Shown one piece after another: positions 17,355 through 26,258 of a stretch of 56,368 nucleotides of DNA (the first letter of the stretch is position 1; every line of letters starts with the position of its first letter). Below the pieces are notes generated by a model. It saw only the letters and a list, made by a program, of their open reading frames with translations. It had not been told where the DNA came from and made no database searches. The stretch comes from a virus: the IMG/VR virus record IMGVR_UViG_3300045988_080971, positions 1 through 56,368 of that record; one strand, written 5' to 3'. A program made the translations under genes and the position numbers.

Positions 17355-17895
17355 AGAAGGAATAAAAGTAAATGACGAACAACCTAAAACTGCTGAATCT
17401 ATAATGAAAAAAGTGGATAACATAAGCGATACAATACAGGAAATATCAGATAAACTTGTAACAAAGTATTGTGGCGAGCTTGATGAAGAAATGAAAAAGA
17501 TAGGTAATATGCTGGTATGTAGTCAGAATATGACAGATAATGAGCTTGATTTTGAAATATTAAATCTTGCAAATATTCTTTATTTTGTTGGGGCAGGACA
17601 AGAAGATTTAGGCATCAAAGAAGATACATGCAAAGCTATTAGACAGGAAGTATATTCAACAGCAAGAGAACAATCAACAGGAAAGACAGTTGCAGATAAA
17701 ACGGCACAGGCAGAGCTTATAGCACAAGCTGAAACAATGACACTTGTTATATATTCAAGAGCCTACAAGAAAGTAAAGTTAAGAATGGATGCGGGGTATG
17801 AAATGCTTAATAGTTTAAAAAAAGTAATGAATAAAAGAATTACAGAAATGGAACTATCTAATAGCAAATATATAAATCATAGTGAGGGAGAATAA
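17341..17895 (+). CDS. Hypothetical protein (184 aa)
   Basis: ORF in a tight array; helical-looking, no motif recognised. Confidence 0.5.
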   Translation: MASRREGIKVNDEQPKTAESIMKKVDNISDTIQEISDKLVTKYCGELDEEMKKIGNMLVCSQNMTDNELDFEILNLANILYFVGAGQEDLGIKEDTCKAIRQEVYSTAREQSTGKTVADKTAQAELIAQAETMTLVIYSRAYKKVKLRMDAGYEMLNSLKKVMNKRITEMELSNSKYINHSEGE

Positions 17896-18028
17896 CAAAT
17901 GGTTTACGCTGGGTATAATAATAAGTATTCAAACGATAATATATGGGAATCTTATATCGAAACACATAGATATAATAAGGTACATAAGAGATTTAACCAT
18001 ATACCGGATTATGAGAAAGGAGTAAAGA

Positions 18029-18352
18029 ATGGAGAGACTAACAGAAAGAAATCCATCATGGATAGATGATGAATTATGGGAAAGTGCTTGTGAGCCAGAC
18101 TGTGAAGAAATAGACGCAGTATATCGAAAGTTAAAAGATTATGAGGACTTAGAGGAACAAAGAAAACTTGCTAAGCTACCATGTGCTATTGGGGATAAGG
18201 TTTATCTTATAGTCGATGATAAGGTTTTTGAAAGAGAAGTTGACCCAATGTTTTTAGGCGTACTGTGGGAAGAATTTAACAAAAGCTGGTTTCTCACAGA
18301 ATCAGAAGCCGAAGCAAAACTGAAAGAATTGGGAGGTGGAGAAAATGAGTGA
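18029..18352 (+). CDS. Hypothetical protein (107 aa)
   Basis: AAAGGAG RBS. Confidence 0.5.
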   Translation: MERLTERNPSWIDDELWESACEPDCEEIDAVYRKLKDYEDLEEQRKLAKLPCAIGDKVYLIVDDKVFEREVDPMFLGVLWEEFNKSWFLTESEAEAKLKELGGGENE

Positions 18353-18533
18353 TAAGCAGACCAATGCCGACAGAATAAGGAATATGTCGGATGAAGAGTT
18401 AACAGACTTTTTATCAAATATAACAAGTCAATGCGAATCTAATACCTCATGCAACCAACATTGTTTTGGGTGCTATGAGGAATATTGTGATGTAGAAAGA
18501 TGCTTAAAATGGCTTCAATCAGAAGCGGAATAG
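18345..18533 (+). CDS. Hypothetical Cys-rich protein (62 aa)
   Basis: GGAGGTGGAG RBS; ATG at 18345. Confidence 0.45.
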   Translation: MSDKQTNADRIRNMSDEELTDFLSNITSQCESNTSCNQHCFGCYEEYCDVERCLKWLQSEAE

Positions 18534-18541
18534 GAGAGAAT

Positions 18542-18799
18542 ATGGAAAAAATCACAGATAATATGAAATATATAGTATCAGAAGGCGATGTGGTGACAAT
18601 ACATAGTGCAAGCTGGGATTATTCTAAACGAATTGGAGAACCTTTTGAAGCTATCGTGTTATGGGGCGGTATTCATGGACAGCCACTTGTCACTAAAATG
18701 GGAGAATACAGACCATTTTGGAGCACATATGCATCCATTGTAAAAATAGACGGACACATCAATTTAGATAGGTTATTTGGTACTAATAGGAAAGAATAG
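18542..18799 (+). CDS. Hypothetical protein (85 aa)
   Basis: TAGGAGAG RBS; ATG at 18542. Confidence 0.5.
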   Translation: MEKITDNMKYIVSEGDVVTIHSASWDYSKRIGEPFEAIVLWGGIHGQPLVTKMGEYRPFWSTYASIVKIDGHINLDRLFGTNRKE

Positions 18800-18807
18800 G
18801 AGAGAAT

Positions 18808-19212
18808 ATGGAAGATAGATATTTATTCAAAGCAAAGAGAGCCGATAACGGAGAATGGGTGCAGGGGTACTTGTACGGCATTTGGGAAAAGAGATATATT
18901 CTTTGGGGAATGACAAATGATGTTCCTAATATGATTGAAGTAGACCCACCCACAATCTGTCAATGCACAGGCTTAAAGGACAAGAACGGAAAGCTGATAT
19001 GGGAGAACGATATTGTAAAAGATAAAAACAGTAATTTTTATATAGCAATTTGGTGGGATGACTATTATCAGTATTGCTGGGTTTGCATTAAATCAATTAT
19101 AGAAATATTCGTTGGGCGTAAACGAGATTTATGGGTTATCACCGAGAACTTCGAAATTGAGGTAATCGGCAACATATTTGATAATCCAGAGTTATTAGAA
19201 AGTGAGGAATAA
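18808..19212 (+). CDS. YopX-family protein
   Basis: FKAKRADNGEWVQGYLY...CQCTGLKDKNGKLIWENDIV is typical of YopX. Confidence 0.6.
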   Translation: MEDRYLFKAKRADNGEWVQGYLYGIWEKRYILWGMTNDVPNMIEVDPPTICQCTGLKDKNGKLIWENDIVKDKNSNFYIAIWWDDYYQYCWVCIKSIIEIFVGRKRDLWVITENFEIEVIGNIFDNPELLESEE

Positions 19213-19244
19213 TATGACAGAGCGCGAGGCTGGGGGTGATTCTA

Positions 19245-19481
19245 ATGTGTAATGGATATGAAAGTCCTATTGAGTTAATCACCTCAGAAATTAACTCACA
19301 AGTGGACGAAAATATTATACGAGCAGTGCAAAGTGTTGGAATAGTTGTGCATGAGGCAGAATTGATACAAGCTCTGAAATATGATAGGGACTCTTATAAT
19401 AAAGGATATAAGCAAGGTTATGCTGACTGTTATCAGGAAATAACAGGACATTATTATCCTAATAAGGAGGAAAATACATGA
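19245..19481 (+). CDS. Hypothetical protein
   Basis: ORF in a tight array; start uncertain (GTG 19236 or ATG 19245). Confidence 0.45.
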   Translation: MCNGYESPIELITSEINSQVDENIIRAVQSVGIVVHEAELIQALKYDRDSYNKGYKQGYADCYQEITGHYYPNKEENT

Positions 19482-19693
19482 GCACAGATATAAAAGAAAG
19501 AGCAAAACGGTTAAATGAATATCGGCAAGATAATCATAATTTTCCTCTAAGCTACTGTGAAAAGTTTATAGTTGAATGGGAACAAGCAGTGGAGCGATTA
19601 TCTAGCAATGTTACAGAAGTTTGGAAATTTGAAAAATTAAACAGAGAATCTAATCTTGTGAGTGAGTTTGATAACTTCGATGTAAGGAGGTAA
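19478..19693 (+). CDS. Hypothetical protein (71 aa)
   Basis: AAGGAGG RBS; ATGA overlap. Confidence 0.5.
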   Translation: MSTDIKERAKRLNEYRQDNHNFPLSYCEKFIVEWEQAVERLSSNVTEVWKFEKLNRESNLVSEFDNFDVRR

Positions 19694-19700
19694 ATATAGC

Positions 19701-19949
19701 ATGAACAATAAAACACTTGATGAAGCTATTTTATATTATAAAAATTTATCCGAGCGGCGGAGAACAAAGGCTCAAAATAGTTTATTTCCTAATGCACTTA
19801 GATTACATTGTGAAGCTAATCAATATATGCAGTTAGCTGGTTGGCTGGATGAATTAAAAGACTATAGAGAAGTTGGAACTGTACAAGGATATAAAGATGC
19901 TATCAAAGCATATAATGATGAATATAATCTTAGAAAGGAGTTAAAGTAA
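19701..19949 (+). CDS. Hypothetical protein (82 aa)
   Basis: AAGGAGG RBS. Confidence 0.5.
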   Translation: MNNKTLDEAILYYKNLSERRRTKAQNSLFPNALRLHCEANQYMQLAGWLDELKDYREVGTVQGYKDAIKAYNDEYNLRKELK

Positions 19950-20074
19950 TGAGCGAAGCGGATTATATGGAAGATGGAGCTGATTATTTAGAGGAAGGAT
20001 GTCAAAGACAGACTTGTGATGGCTGTATGGCTTATAATTATTGTCTACTAAGAGAGCGGGAGGAAGAAAGATGA
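19949..20074 (+). CDS. Small acidic Cys-containing protein (41 aa), hypothetical
   Basis: Fills the gap exactly, with start/stop overlaps on both sides (TAATG and ATGA). Confidence 0.35.
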   Translation: MSEADYMEDGADYLEEGCQRQTCDGCMAYNYCLLREREEER

Positions 20075-21087
20075 GTAATCTTGATTTAATTATAAAAGAC
20101 TTAAATAAGAAAATGAAGGTAGGAAATATTCAGCTCGGTGTTGATTTTCAGGAAGTGCAGAAAATTCCGTTTTCATCATGTCGTCTAAATTATATGACAT
20201 ATGGTGGTATTCCGGTTGGAAGAATAGCTGAGTTCTATGGAGCAGACGGAAGCGGAAAGACAACCACCGCTATTGATCTTGCCGGAAACGCTCAGAAGAT
20301 GTTTCCAGATAAAAAAGTGTTGTTTATAGATATTGAAAGAACATTTGATACAGAATGGGCTACAAAGCTAGGACTTGACTGTGATAATATCATATATCTT
20401 GACCCGGATAGCATGGGGGCGGAAGATGTATTCAATATCACAATTGATCTTGTTGATAGCGGAGAAATAAGTCTTTGCATATTAGATTCTATAGGAGCAA
20501 TGGTTTCCACACAGGCAAATGAAAAGCAGATTGGAGAAAGAACATACGGCGGAGTTAGTATGGCATTGACTGAATTTAGTAAGAAAATAACTCCAGTTCT
20601 TGCAAGAACACAAACTGCTTTTATAGGAATAAATCAAGTTCGTGATGATATGAATAGTATGTATGGTGGAACAACAACGACAGGTGGAAGAGCGTGGCGA
20701 CATAGTTGTAGCACCAGACTTGAATTTAGAAAAGGAAATTATATTGATGAGAAAGGTAATAATCTTTCAAGAGCTTGTGAGAATCCTGCAGGAAATATAG
20801 TAAATGTAGCATTAGTGAAATCTAAAGTATGCAGACCAGATAGAAAAGTAGGTTTCTACACATTAAAATATCTCGAAGGAATTGACTATGTATCAGATGC
20901 AGTAGATGTGGCAATCAAGATGGGATTAGTTGTGCAAGGAGGAGCATGGTTCTCTTTAATTGATACAGAAACTGGTGAAATATTAAGCAAATACCAAGGT
21001 AAATCCAAGCTAGTTGAGTATCTAAAGGAAAATGATAAATATACAGATTTCTATTCAAAACTGGAGAAATTATTAAATGAAGAGTAA
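20071..21087 (+). CDS. recA: RecA-like recombinase
   Basis: Walker A GADGSGKTT, Walker B LCILDSIGA; GGGAGGAAG RBS before the ATG at 20071. Confidence 0.8.
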   Translation: MSNLDLIIKDLNKKMKVGNIQLGVDFQEVQKIPFSSCRLNYMTYGGIPVGRIAEFYGADGSGKTTTAIDLAGNAQKMFPDKKVLFIDIERTFDTEWATKLGLDCDNIIYLDPDSMGAEDVFNITIDLVDSGEISLCILDSIGAMVSTQANEKQIGERTYGGVSMALTEFSKKITPVLARTQTAFIGINQVRDDMNSMYGGTTTTGGRAWRHSCSTRLEFRKGNYIDEKGNNLSRACENPAGNIVNVALVKSKVCRPDRKVGFYTLKYLEGIDYVSDAVDVAIKMGLVVQGGAWFSLIDTETGEILSKYQGKSKLVEYLKENDKYTDFYSKLEKLLNEE

Positions 21088-21721
21088 TGCATATCTAAAC
21101 GAGCAGGATATATTGAATTGGTATAAGACACCATTTGAGATGGAGTTTACGAATAAAGGGTTCCCGATATTGGAACCCTTAAAGTCGTTATCTATACCAA
21201 GGCGGGGGTTGAGAACATTGCCTTTCAATTATGCTTTATCTAATAAGGATAAAGATTATTTTGTACATTTTTATATACAAGATTATTTATTCAATCGGAT
21301 TTGGAACAACCCTCAAAGATATATTGATGTGTTGAAAGAATATAAAGGAATTGTTATGCCTGATTTTAGCTTATACACAGATATGCCTGAACCGTTGCAA
21401 AGATTCAATCACTATAGGAATTTATGGTTTGCCAGAATGTGTCAAATGCAAGGAATTACAGTTATTCCATCCCCTAATTGGTCAACAAAGGATAGTTTAG
21501 AATGGTGTCTTGATGGAATGTCAAAAGATAGTGTTATTATGCTATCAGCAGTGGGGAGTATTAAGAATCCACAGGTATTTGATAACTTTATTTATTGTAC
21601 TAGATATATGCAAGAAGTACTGCAACCTAGTCATATATTATTGAGATGTCCTAAAAAAAGTTATGATAAACTAAAATCATATATAGATACATCTTGTAGT
21701 TTTGTAAATTATAATGTATAA
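21077..21721 (+). CDS. DUF4417-like protein
   Basis: Recalled family resemblance only (FHFYIQDY...NLWFARMCQ). Confidence 0.35.
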   Translation: MKSNAYLNEQDILNWYKTPFEMEFTNKGFPILEPLKSLSIPRRGLRTLPFNYALSNKDKDYFVHFYIQDYLFNRIWNNPQRYIDVLKEYKGIVMPDFSLYTDMPEPLQRFNHYRNLWFARMCQMQGITVIPSPNWSTKDSLEWCLDGMSKDSVIMLSAVGSIKNPQVFDNFIYCTRYMQEVLQPSHILLRCPKKSYDKLKSYIDTSCSFVNYNV

Positions 21722-21752
21722 TATATAATATAAAAGAAAGGAGTTGATTATT

Positions 21753-22190
21753 ATGGGTGGACGAGGTTCATCTAGTGGTAAAGCAGGTGGAGCACGTGGA
21801 AACACATATAAATCTGAGTTTGGTTTGAAAAATGTTGGAAGATTGCGAGAGTTTAGAACATTCGCAGGCTCAACTATGGTGGGAACTGTTACACCATCTG
21901 CTAATGATGTTCAAGATTATTTTAAAACAGGTAAATTTGATAATTATGGTACAAATACAAATGCAAAAAAATTAGTTGCACAAAGAATTGTGAAAGATAT
22001 GCATAATAGAGGTTATGATGTTTCATTATCCGAAGATAAAACTAAGCTATTACCAAACGGAGATACATCTAAAGCAATATCTATATCTAATACAAAGACA
22101 GGATGGAAGGCAAAACAAGCTAAATCTGGTGGAAATGTTTCCAGAGGAGGTATGAAAGGAGCATTAGATCGAACACAAGGAAGAAAATAG
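21753..22190 (+). CDS. Hypothetical protein with Gly/Ser-rich N-terminus
   Basis: AAAGGAG RBS; MGGRGSSSGKAGG start. Confidence 0.5.
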   Translation: MGGRGSSSGKAGGARGNTYKSEFGLKNVGRLREFRTFAGSTMVGTVTPSANDVQDYFKTGKFDNYGTNTNAKKLVAQRIVKDMHNRGYDVSLSEDKTKLLPNGDTSKAISISNTKTGWKAKQAKSGGNVSRGGMKGALDRTQGRK

Positions 22191-22225
22191 TTATCAACAA
22201 GTTATCCACATTAAATTGTGGATAA
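22191..22225. promoter_or_regulatory. DnaA-box-like cluster (3 boxes) built into a terminator stem
   Basis: ttatcaaca at 22191-22199 (1 mismatch), ttatccaca at 22202-22210 (perfect), tgtggataa at 22217-22225 (perfect, inverted). Confidence 0.55.
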
Positions 22226-22232
22226 CTTTTTT
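22199..22232 (+). terminator. Intrinsic terminator
   Basis: 12-bp stem aagttatccaca/tgtggataactt, 6-nt loop, T-run. Confidence 0.85.
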
Positions 22233-22252
22233 ATTTATTTTTCAAAAATCAT

Positions 22253-22281
22253 TTGTAATATATCTTTGTATGTGTTACAAT
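22253..22281 (+). promoter_or_regulatory. Promoter cassette P4 (TTGTAA-N17-TGtTACAAT)
   Basis: -35 at 22253-22258, -10 at 22276-22281; conserved flanks. Confidence 0.75.
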
Positions 22282-22333
22282 ATAAACAAGTTAAAAGATA
22301 ACACATACATAGAAAGGTTAAACGGTGATTAGT

Positions 22334-22501
22334 ATGAAAACAAGATCAGAAATTGAAGCAGAGAAATTAGGAACAACATTAGAGAAGATTTATTCTTTTA
22401 TACATAACAATGAAACAGCAAAAAATAATTGTAATGCTTTATTACTTAGTGGGGTTGATTTTGATGAAGCGTGTGTGATAACTTACATGGAGTTTATATA
22501 G
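22334..22501 (+). CDS. Hypothetical protein (55 aa)
   Basis: First ORF after P4; below the track's length cut-off. Confidence 0.4.
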   Translation: MKTRSEIEAEKLGTTLEKIYSFIHNNETAKNNCNALLLSGVDFDEACVITYMEFI

Positions 22502-22511
22502 GAGAAATATT

Positions 22512-23048
22512 ATGAAAGAAATATTTAAACAAATACATAGATATAAAGAACAAGATTTTGAAGAGGGTAAACCATTTGAGTTTACCCTTGACGGAAAAAG
22601 AAAAGAAGATAATGATGATTGGTTATGTCCCCCAGTTAAGAAAATGGAAGTAGGAAAGTTATATAAAATCATTGTTAAGAAATATATGACAGAGCCAGCA
22701 ACATCTACTTTTGATTTTCAGGACAAGTGGAATGACGGAAAGCCAATGCCACTTTGCATCATGCAAGGTGAAGTTATAAAAGAAACAAGGGGAATGTATT
22801 ATATGGATTTAAAAGGCAAAGCAGAACCTACATCAAAATGCCTTGTATGTGGAAAAACTCTTACGAACCCGATTTCTAAACTTTATGGAATCGGTCCAGA
22901 GTGTAGTGAGAAAGTAGGTTTAATAAGAATAGAAAGTGAGGAAGAAGCAAGGGAAAAATTGAAACATATTATGGAACAGATAGATGATATAACATGGACG
23001 GGTTGGGTAATTAAATCCGCAATAAAAGAATGGGAGGTGGCACATTGA
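22512..23048 (+). CDS. Hypothetical protein with DUF6011-like Cys motif
   Basis: CLVCGKTLTNPISKLYGIGPECSEK motif; GGAG RBS. Confidence 0.5.
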   Translation: MKEIFKQIHRYKEQDFEEGKPFEFTLDGKRKEDNDDWLCPPVKKMEVGKLYKIIVKKYMTEPATSTFDFQDKWNDGKPMPLCIMQGEVIKETRGMYYMDLKGKAEPTSKCLVCGKTLTNPISKLYGIGPECSEKVGLIRIESEEEAREKLKHIMEQIDDITWTGWVIKSAIKEWEVAH

Positions 23049-23215
23049 AGTTTTTAGTAGATGCATTGCCTTATTTTGATTCAGATTGTCCATTTTTTGA
23101 GGGGCATAATTGTAAAATTGATAAACGTCTTTGCGAAAGACTGTCGGAGTCCACCGAAGACAGAGATCGTGGTTTGGACTCTGAATGTAGATGGTTGAAG
23201 GAGGAAAAGAAATAA
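23030..23215 (+). CDS. Hypothetical Cys-rich protein
   Basis: ORF in a tight array; start uncertain (ATG 23030 or TTG 23045). Confidence 0.4.
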   Translation: MGGGTLKFLVDALPYFDSDCPFFEGHNCKIDKRLCERLSESTEDRDRGLDSECRWLKEEKK

Positions 23216-23406
23216 TGGATTCTATTGGATGTATTACAACAATAAGAGTAACAAAACGTGAACTAATTGATGCTATCAATAAGGCTTACCCGGATGACAT
23301 AAAATGCGGTGAAAATTATTCTATAGCAGTTTGTTTGGAAACAAGTGTTCATTATGATGATGAACCAAAACAGATAATTCAATTTGGGAAGAATCTCAAG
23401 TTTTAG
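23215..23406 (+). CDS. Hypothetical protein (63 aa)
   Basis: TAATG overlap with the upstream stop; GGAGG RBS. Confidence 0.45.
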   Translation: MDSIGCITTIRVTKRELIDAINKAYPDDIKCGENYSIAVCLETSVHYDDEPKQIIQFGKNLKF

Positions 23407-23416
23407 GAGGGGCTAT

Positions 23417-23815
23417 ATGAGATTAGTAGACGGTGATGCACTTTTAGAAAAGTGGAGAAATTTATCTAAAAGAGGAAGAATTGAATTTGATCAAGTAATC
23501 ATGTGTGAACCAACAGTCGATGCAATTGTAGTAACTGATAGAAAGAAACACATATCAAATTTTGATTTATACCATGATGACATTTTAAGTAATAAAGGAG
23601 GAAATATGAATAGAAAAGAATGTGAAAATCAGATATTAGAAAAGTTAAGGGAGATAAAAGCTATTGCAAAGCAGTATGATAAATCAGGTAAATTTTACTT
23701 GAATTTGAGTATTATGGATAATTATATGATGGCTAGTAATAGATATTACGAAAATATAAAAACTCCTATAAATGTAACATTGATTGACGGAAAGATAAAA
23801 CATTGGGAGGTGTGA
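23417..23815 (+). CDS. Hypothetical protein; C-terminal half paralogous to 28171-28389
   Basis: AGGAGG RBS; shared pattern ECE..I.EKL.EI..IAK.YD. Confidence 0.5.
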   Translation: MRLVDGDALLEKWRNLSKRGRIEFDQVIMCEPTVDAIVVTDRKKHISNFDLYHDDILSNKGGNMNRKECENQILEKLREIKAIAKQYDKSGKFYLNLSIMDNYMMASNRYYENIKTPINVTLIDGKIKHWEV

Positions 23816-23821
23816 TTTAAT

Positions 23822-24154
23822 ATGACAACTAGATATTATTCTGATAGACAGGAAAAACATATAGCCATAGTAACCAGAGGTAAAGTGCAGAGCAACTCCG
23901 GCGGAACAAGATTTGGAGGGGGTGATGTACATACAAAAAAATTCTTTATAGAGGCTAAAACGCCTACAACTGAGAACCAGTCATTTTCCATTAAAAAAGG
24001 GTGGTTTCAAAAACTGTATGAACAGACTTATGAGCAAGGAAAACTTGAGGGAGTTCTTGCTTTTAGATTTTCGCCAGATGATAGAACTGATATGTATGTT
24101 TTGAATGAGCGACAGTTCTTAGAGTATTTAAGATATAAGGAGGATAATGAATAA
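23822..24154 (+). CDS. PD-(D/E)XK-like nuclease, possible Hjc-type resolvase
   Basis: GGGDVHTKKFFIEAKT resembles a D...E-x-K catalytic core; small size. Confidence 0.35.
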   Translation: MTTRYYSDRQEKHIAIVTRGKVQSNSGGTRFGGGDVHTKKFFIEAKTPTTENQSFSIKKGWFQKLYEQTYEQGKLEGVLAFRFSPDDRTDMYVLNERQFLEYLRYKEDNE

Positions 24155-25203
24155 TGGCAAAAGAATCACTGGCAGTTAAATATCGACCTCGTTCGTTTGA
24201 GGATCTTACTGAACAGGGTGCAATTAAAGATATTTTGGAAAATCAGATTAAAACAAAGACATTTCAGCATGGGTATTTGTTTACTGGTCCGGCAGGAACA
24301 GGTAAGACAACATCTGCAAGAATCTTTGCGAGCATGATAAATGATGGAAAGGGGAATCCTATCGAAGTGGATGCCGCAAGTAATAGTGGCGTTGATAATG
24401 TTCGTCAGATTATAGACGATGCAAAAAGAAAACCACTTGATGCCGAATACAAGATATTCATAGTGGATGAGTGTCATTCATTGTCAAATGGGGCATGGCA
24501 GGCATTATTAAAGACACTTGAAGAACCTCCAAAGTTTACTATTTTCATTTTCTGCACCACTGACCCACAGAAAGTACCTGCAACAATTCTTTCAAGAGTA
24601 CAGAGATACAATTTTCAGAAGATAAGTAATGAAGGTATCGTGGAAAGATTAGAGCATATTTGCCTAACTGAAAATTCTCAAGATGTAAATGACCCAAATT
24701 TAACGGATATCGGAGATATAATAAGATATCCAGAAGCATTAGAATATATTGCTAAGGTTTGTAATGGTGGTATGAGAGATGCTATAACTTTGATGGATAA
24801 ATGTCTTTCATTATCTCCAGATTTAACACTGGAAAATGTGTTAAAAACTATAGGTGTAGAAGATTATAATACATTTATATTATTCTTAATGGCATTACAG
24901 AATAAAGAAAAAGGAACTGCCATTACTACAATAGAAAATGTATATAATGCCGGTAAAGATGTAAAGCAGTTTATGAAAGACTTTGCAAAGTTTGTTCTTG
25001 AGGTGGAAAAGTATATTTTATATGGAAACTTTGACTATATAAGTATTCCCTCAACACTGAAAGAGGACTTGGATTCTTTGGATAACACATCTGTATTTGA
25101 TATTATGGATTTTGTGGTTAATCTTAATAATCAGCTTAAATGGGAAAATGATCCAAAGACATTGATTGAATTATCTATCTTGATTTATTGTGGAAAGGAG
25201 TAG
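24154..25203 (+). CDS. dnaX: Clamp-loader ATPase, DnaX (gamma/tau)-like
   Basis: GPAGTGKTT Walker A, IVDECH Walker B, LEEPP, SRVQRY sensor motif. Confidence 0.8.
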   Translation: MAKESLAVKYRPRSFEDLTEQGAIKDILENQIKTKTFQHGYLFTGPAGTGKTTSARIFASMINDGKGNPIEVDAASNSGVDNVRQIIDDAKRKPLDAEYKIFIVDECHSLSNGAWQALLKTLEEPPKFTIFIFCTTDPQKVPATILSRVQRYNFQKISNEGIVERLEHICLTENSQDVNDPNLTDIGDIIRYPEALEYIAKVCNGGMRDAITLMDKCLSLSPDLTLENVLKTIGVEDYNTFILFLMALQNKEKGTAITTIENVYNAGKDVKQFMKDFAKFVLEVEKYILYGNFDYISIPSTLKEDLDSLDNTSVFDIMDFVVNLNNQLKWENDPKTLIELSILIYCGKE

Positions 25204-25207
25204 ATAT

Positions 25208-25993
25208 ATGATTGGTCAGAAAAACAACATAAATACTCTTATCCAGTGGCGGTGTAATAAGTCAGTTCCTAGATTCATTATCATTTCTGGTGATATGGGT
25301 AGCGGAAGATTGACCCTTGCGAAAGTAATTATAAAAATGATAAATGCAAAAGGAATAATCGTGGGAAATAGTATTGCAGAAGTCCGGGAAACAATAGAAA
25401 ATGCTTATACTATTACAGAACCGATCTGTTATATATTTAGAAATGCTGATGATATGAGAACAGAGGCTAAAAATGCGCTCCTTAAAGTTGTGGAAGAACC
25501 GCCAAACAACGCTTATTTTATAATGACTGTTGAAAACATAGATAATATGTTGGGAACTATCAAGAGCAGGGGAACAGTAATATCAATGGAACCTTACTCT
25601 CAGAAAGAATTAAAAAGTGTTTGTGATGATGACTTTATTTTGCAGTATGCTACAAATATAGCAGATACAAAGCGAGAAAGAGCAGAGTTGGAAAGAACTG
25701 AGGATTGTGTACTTGATGTTATAGCTGGAATGAAAGCTAAAAGCGGAACAAAGATATTAAAAGCTACTACACAGTTAAGATCAAAAGCCACAGAAACAGA
25801 TAAGATTGATTGTTTATTATTTATGCTCATGTTCAAAGCAGAGCTTTTACATCATCCCGAATTATACAATCAAAACAGTTTAAAACATCTTGTGAAATGC
25901 ACCCAGGAACTACAGAGGATGAGTGTTAATAAAAAAGCGAGCATTGAATGTATGCTGGTGTCGTTATTAGAGGAGGTAAAGAATGAGACTTAA
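25208..25993 (+). CDS. Clamp-loader subunit, delta-prime-like
   Basis: Degenerate P-loop GDMGSGRLT; VEEPP; IKSRG. Confidence 0.6.
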   Translation: MIGQKNNINTLIQWRCNKSVPRFIIISGDMGSGRLTLAKVIIKMINAKGIIVGNSIAEVRETIENAYTITEPICYIFRNADDMRTEAKNALLKVVEEPPNNAYFIMTVENIDNMLGTIKSRGTVISMEPYSQKELKSVCDDDFILQYATNIADTKRERAELERTEDCVLDVIAGMKAKSGTKILKATTQLRSKATETDKIDCLLFMLMFKAELLHHPELYNQNSLKHLVKCTQELQRMSVNKKASIECMLVSLLEEVKNET

Positions 25994-26258
25994 AGAAATA
26001 TATCCTGGGATATTCACTGGAGTTTATCGAGGTGTAGAGTGCGGAGTTGATAATGATACAGGAAATTGGAATTATTCTGGAACACTTCCATTTCCTGACG
26101 TGTCCCAGCCTAGATTTAGCAGTTATGATAACGTCATTGTTTTTAGTAGCTTTGAGGATTGTGTGGGCGCCTTAAAGAAATATATAGATAGTGTATATGA
26201 AAGGCGGGAAGAATATGCAAAGCTTTCCAAGACGATGGAACATAAAGACCAAAATTGA
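25983..26258 (+). CDS. Hypothetical protein (91 aa)
   Basis: ORF overlapping neighbours within the clamp-loader operon. Confidence 0.45.
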   Translation: MRLKEIYPGIFTGVYRGVECGVDNDTGNWNYSGTLPFPDVSQPRFSSYDNVIVFSSFEDCVGALKKYIDSVYERREEYAKLSKTMEHKDQN

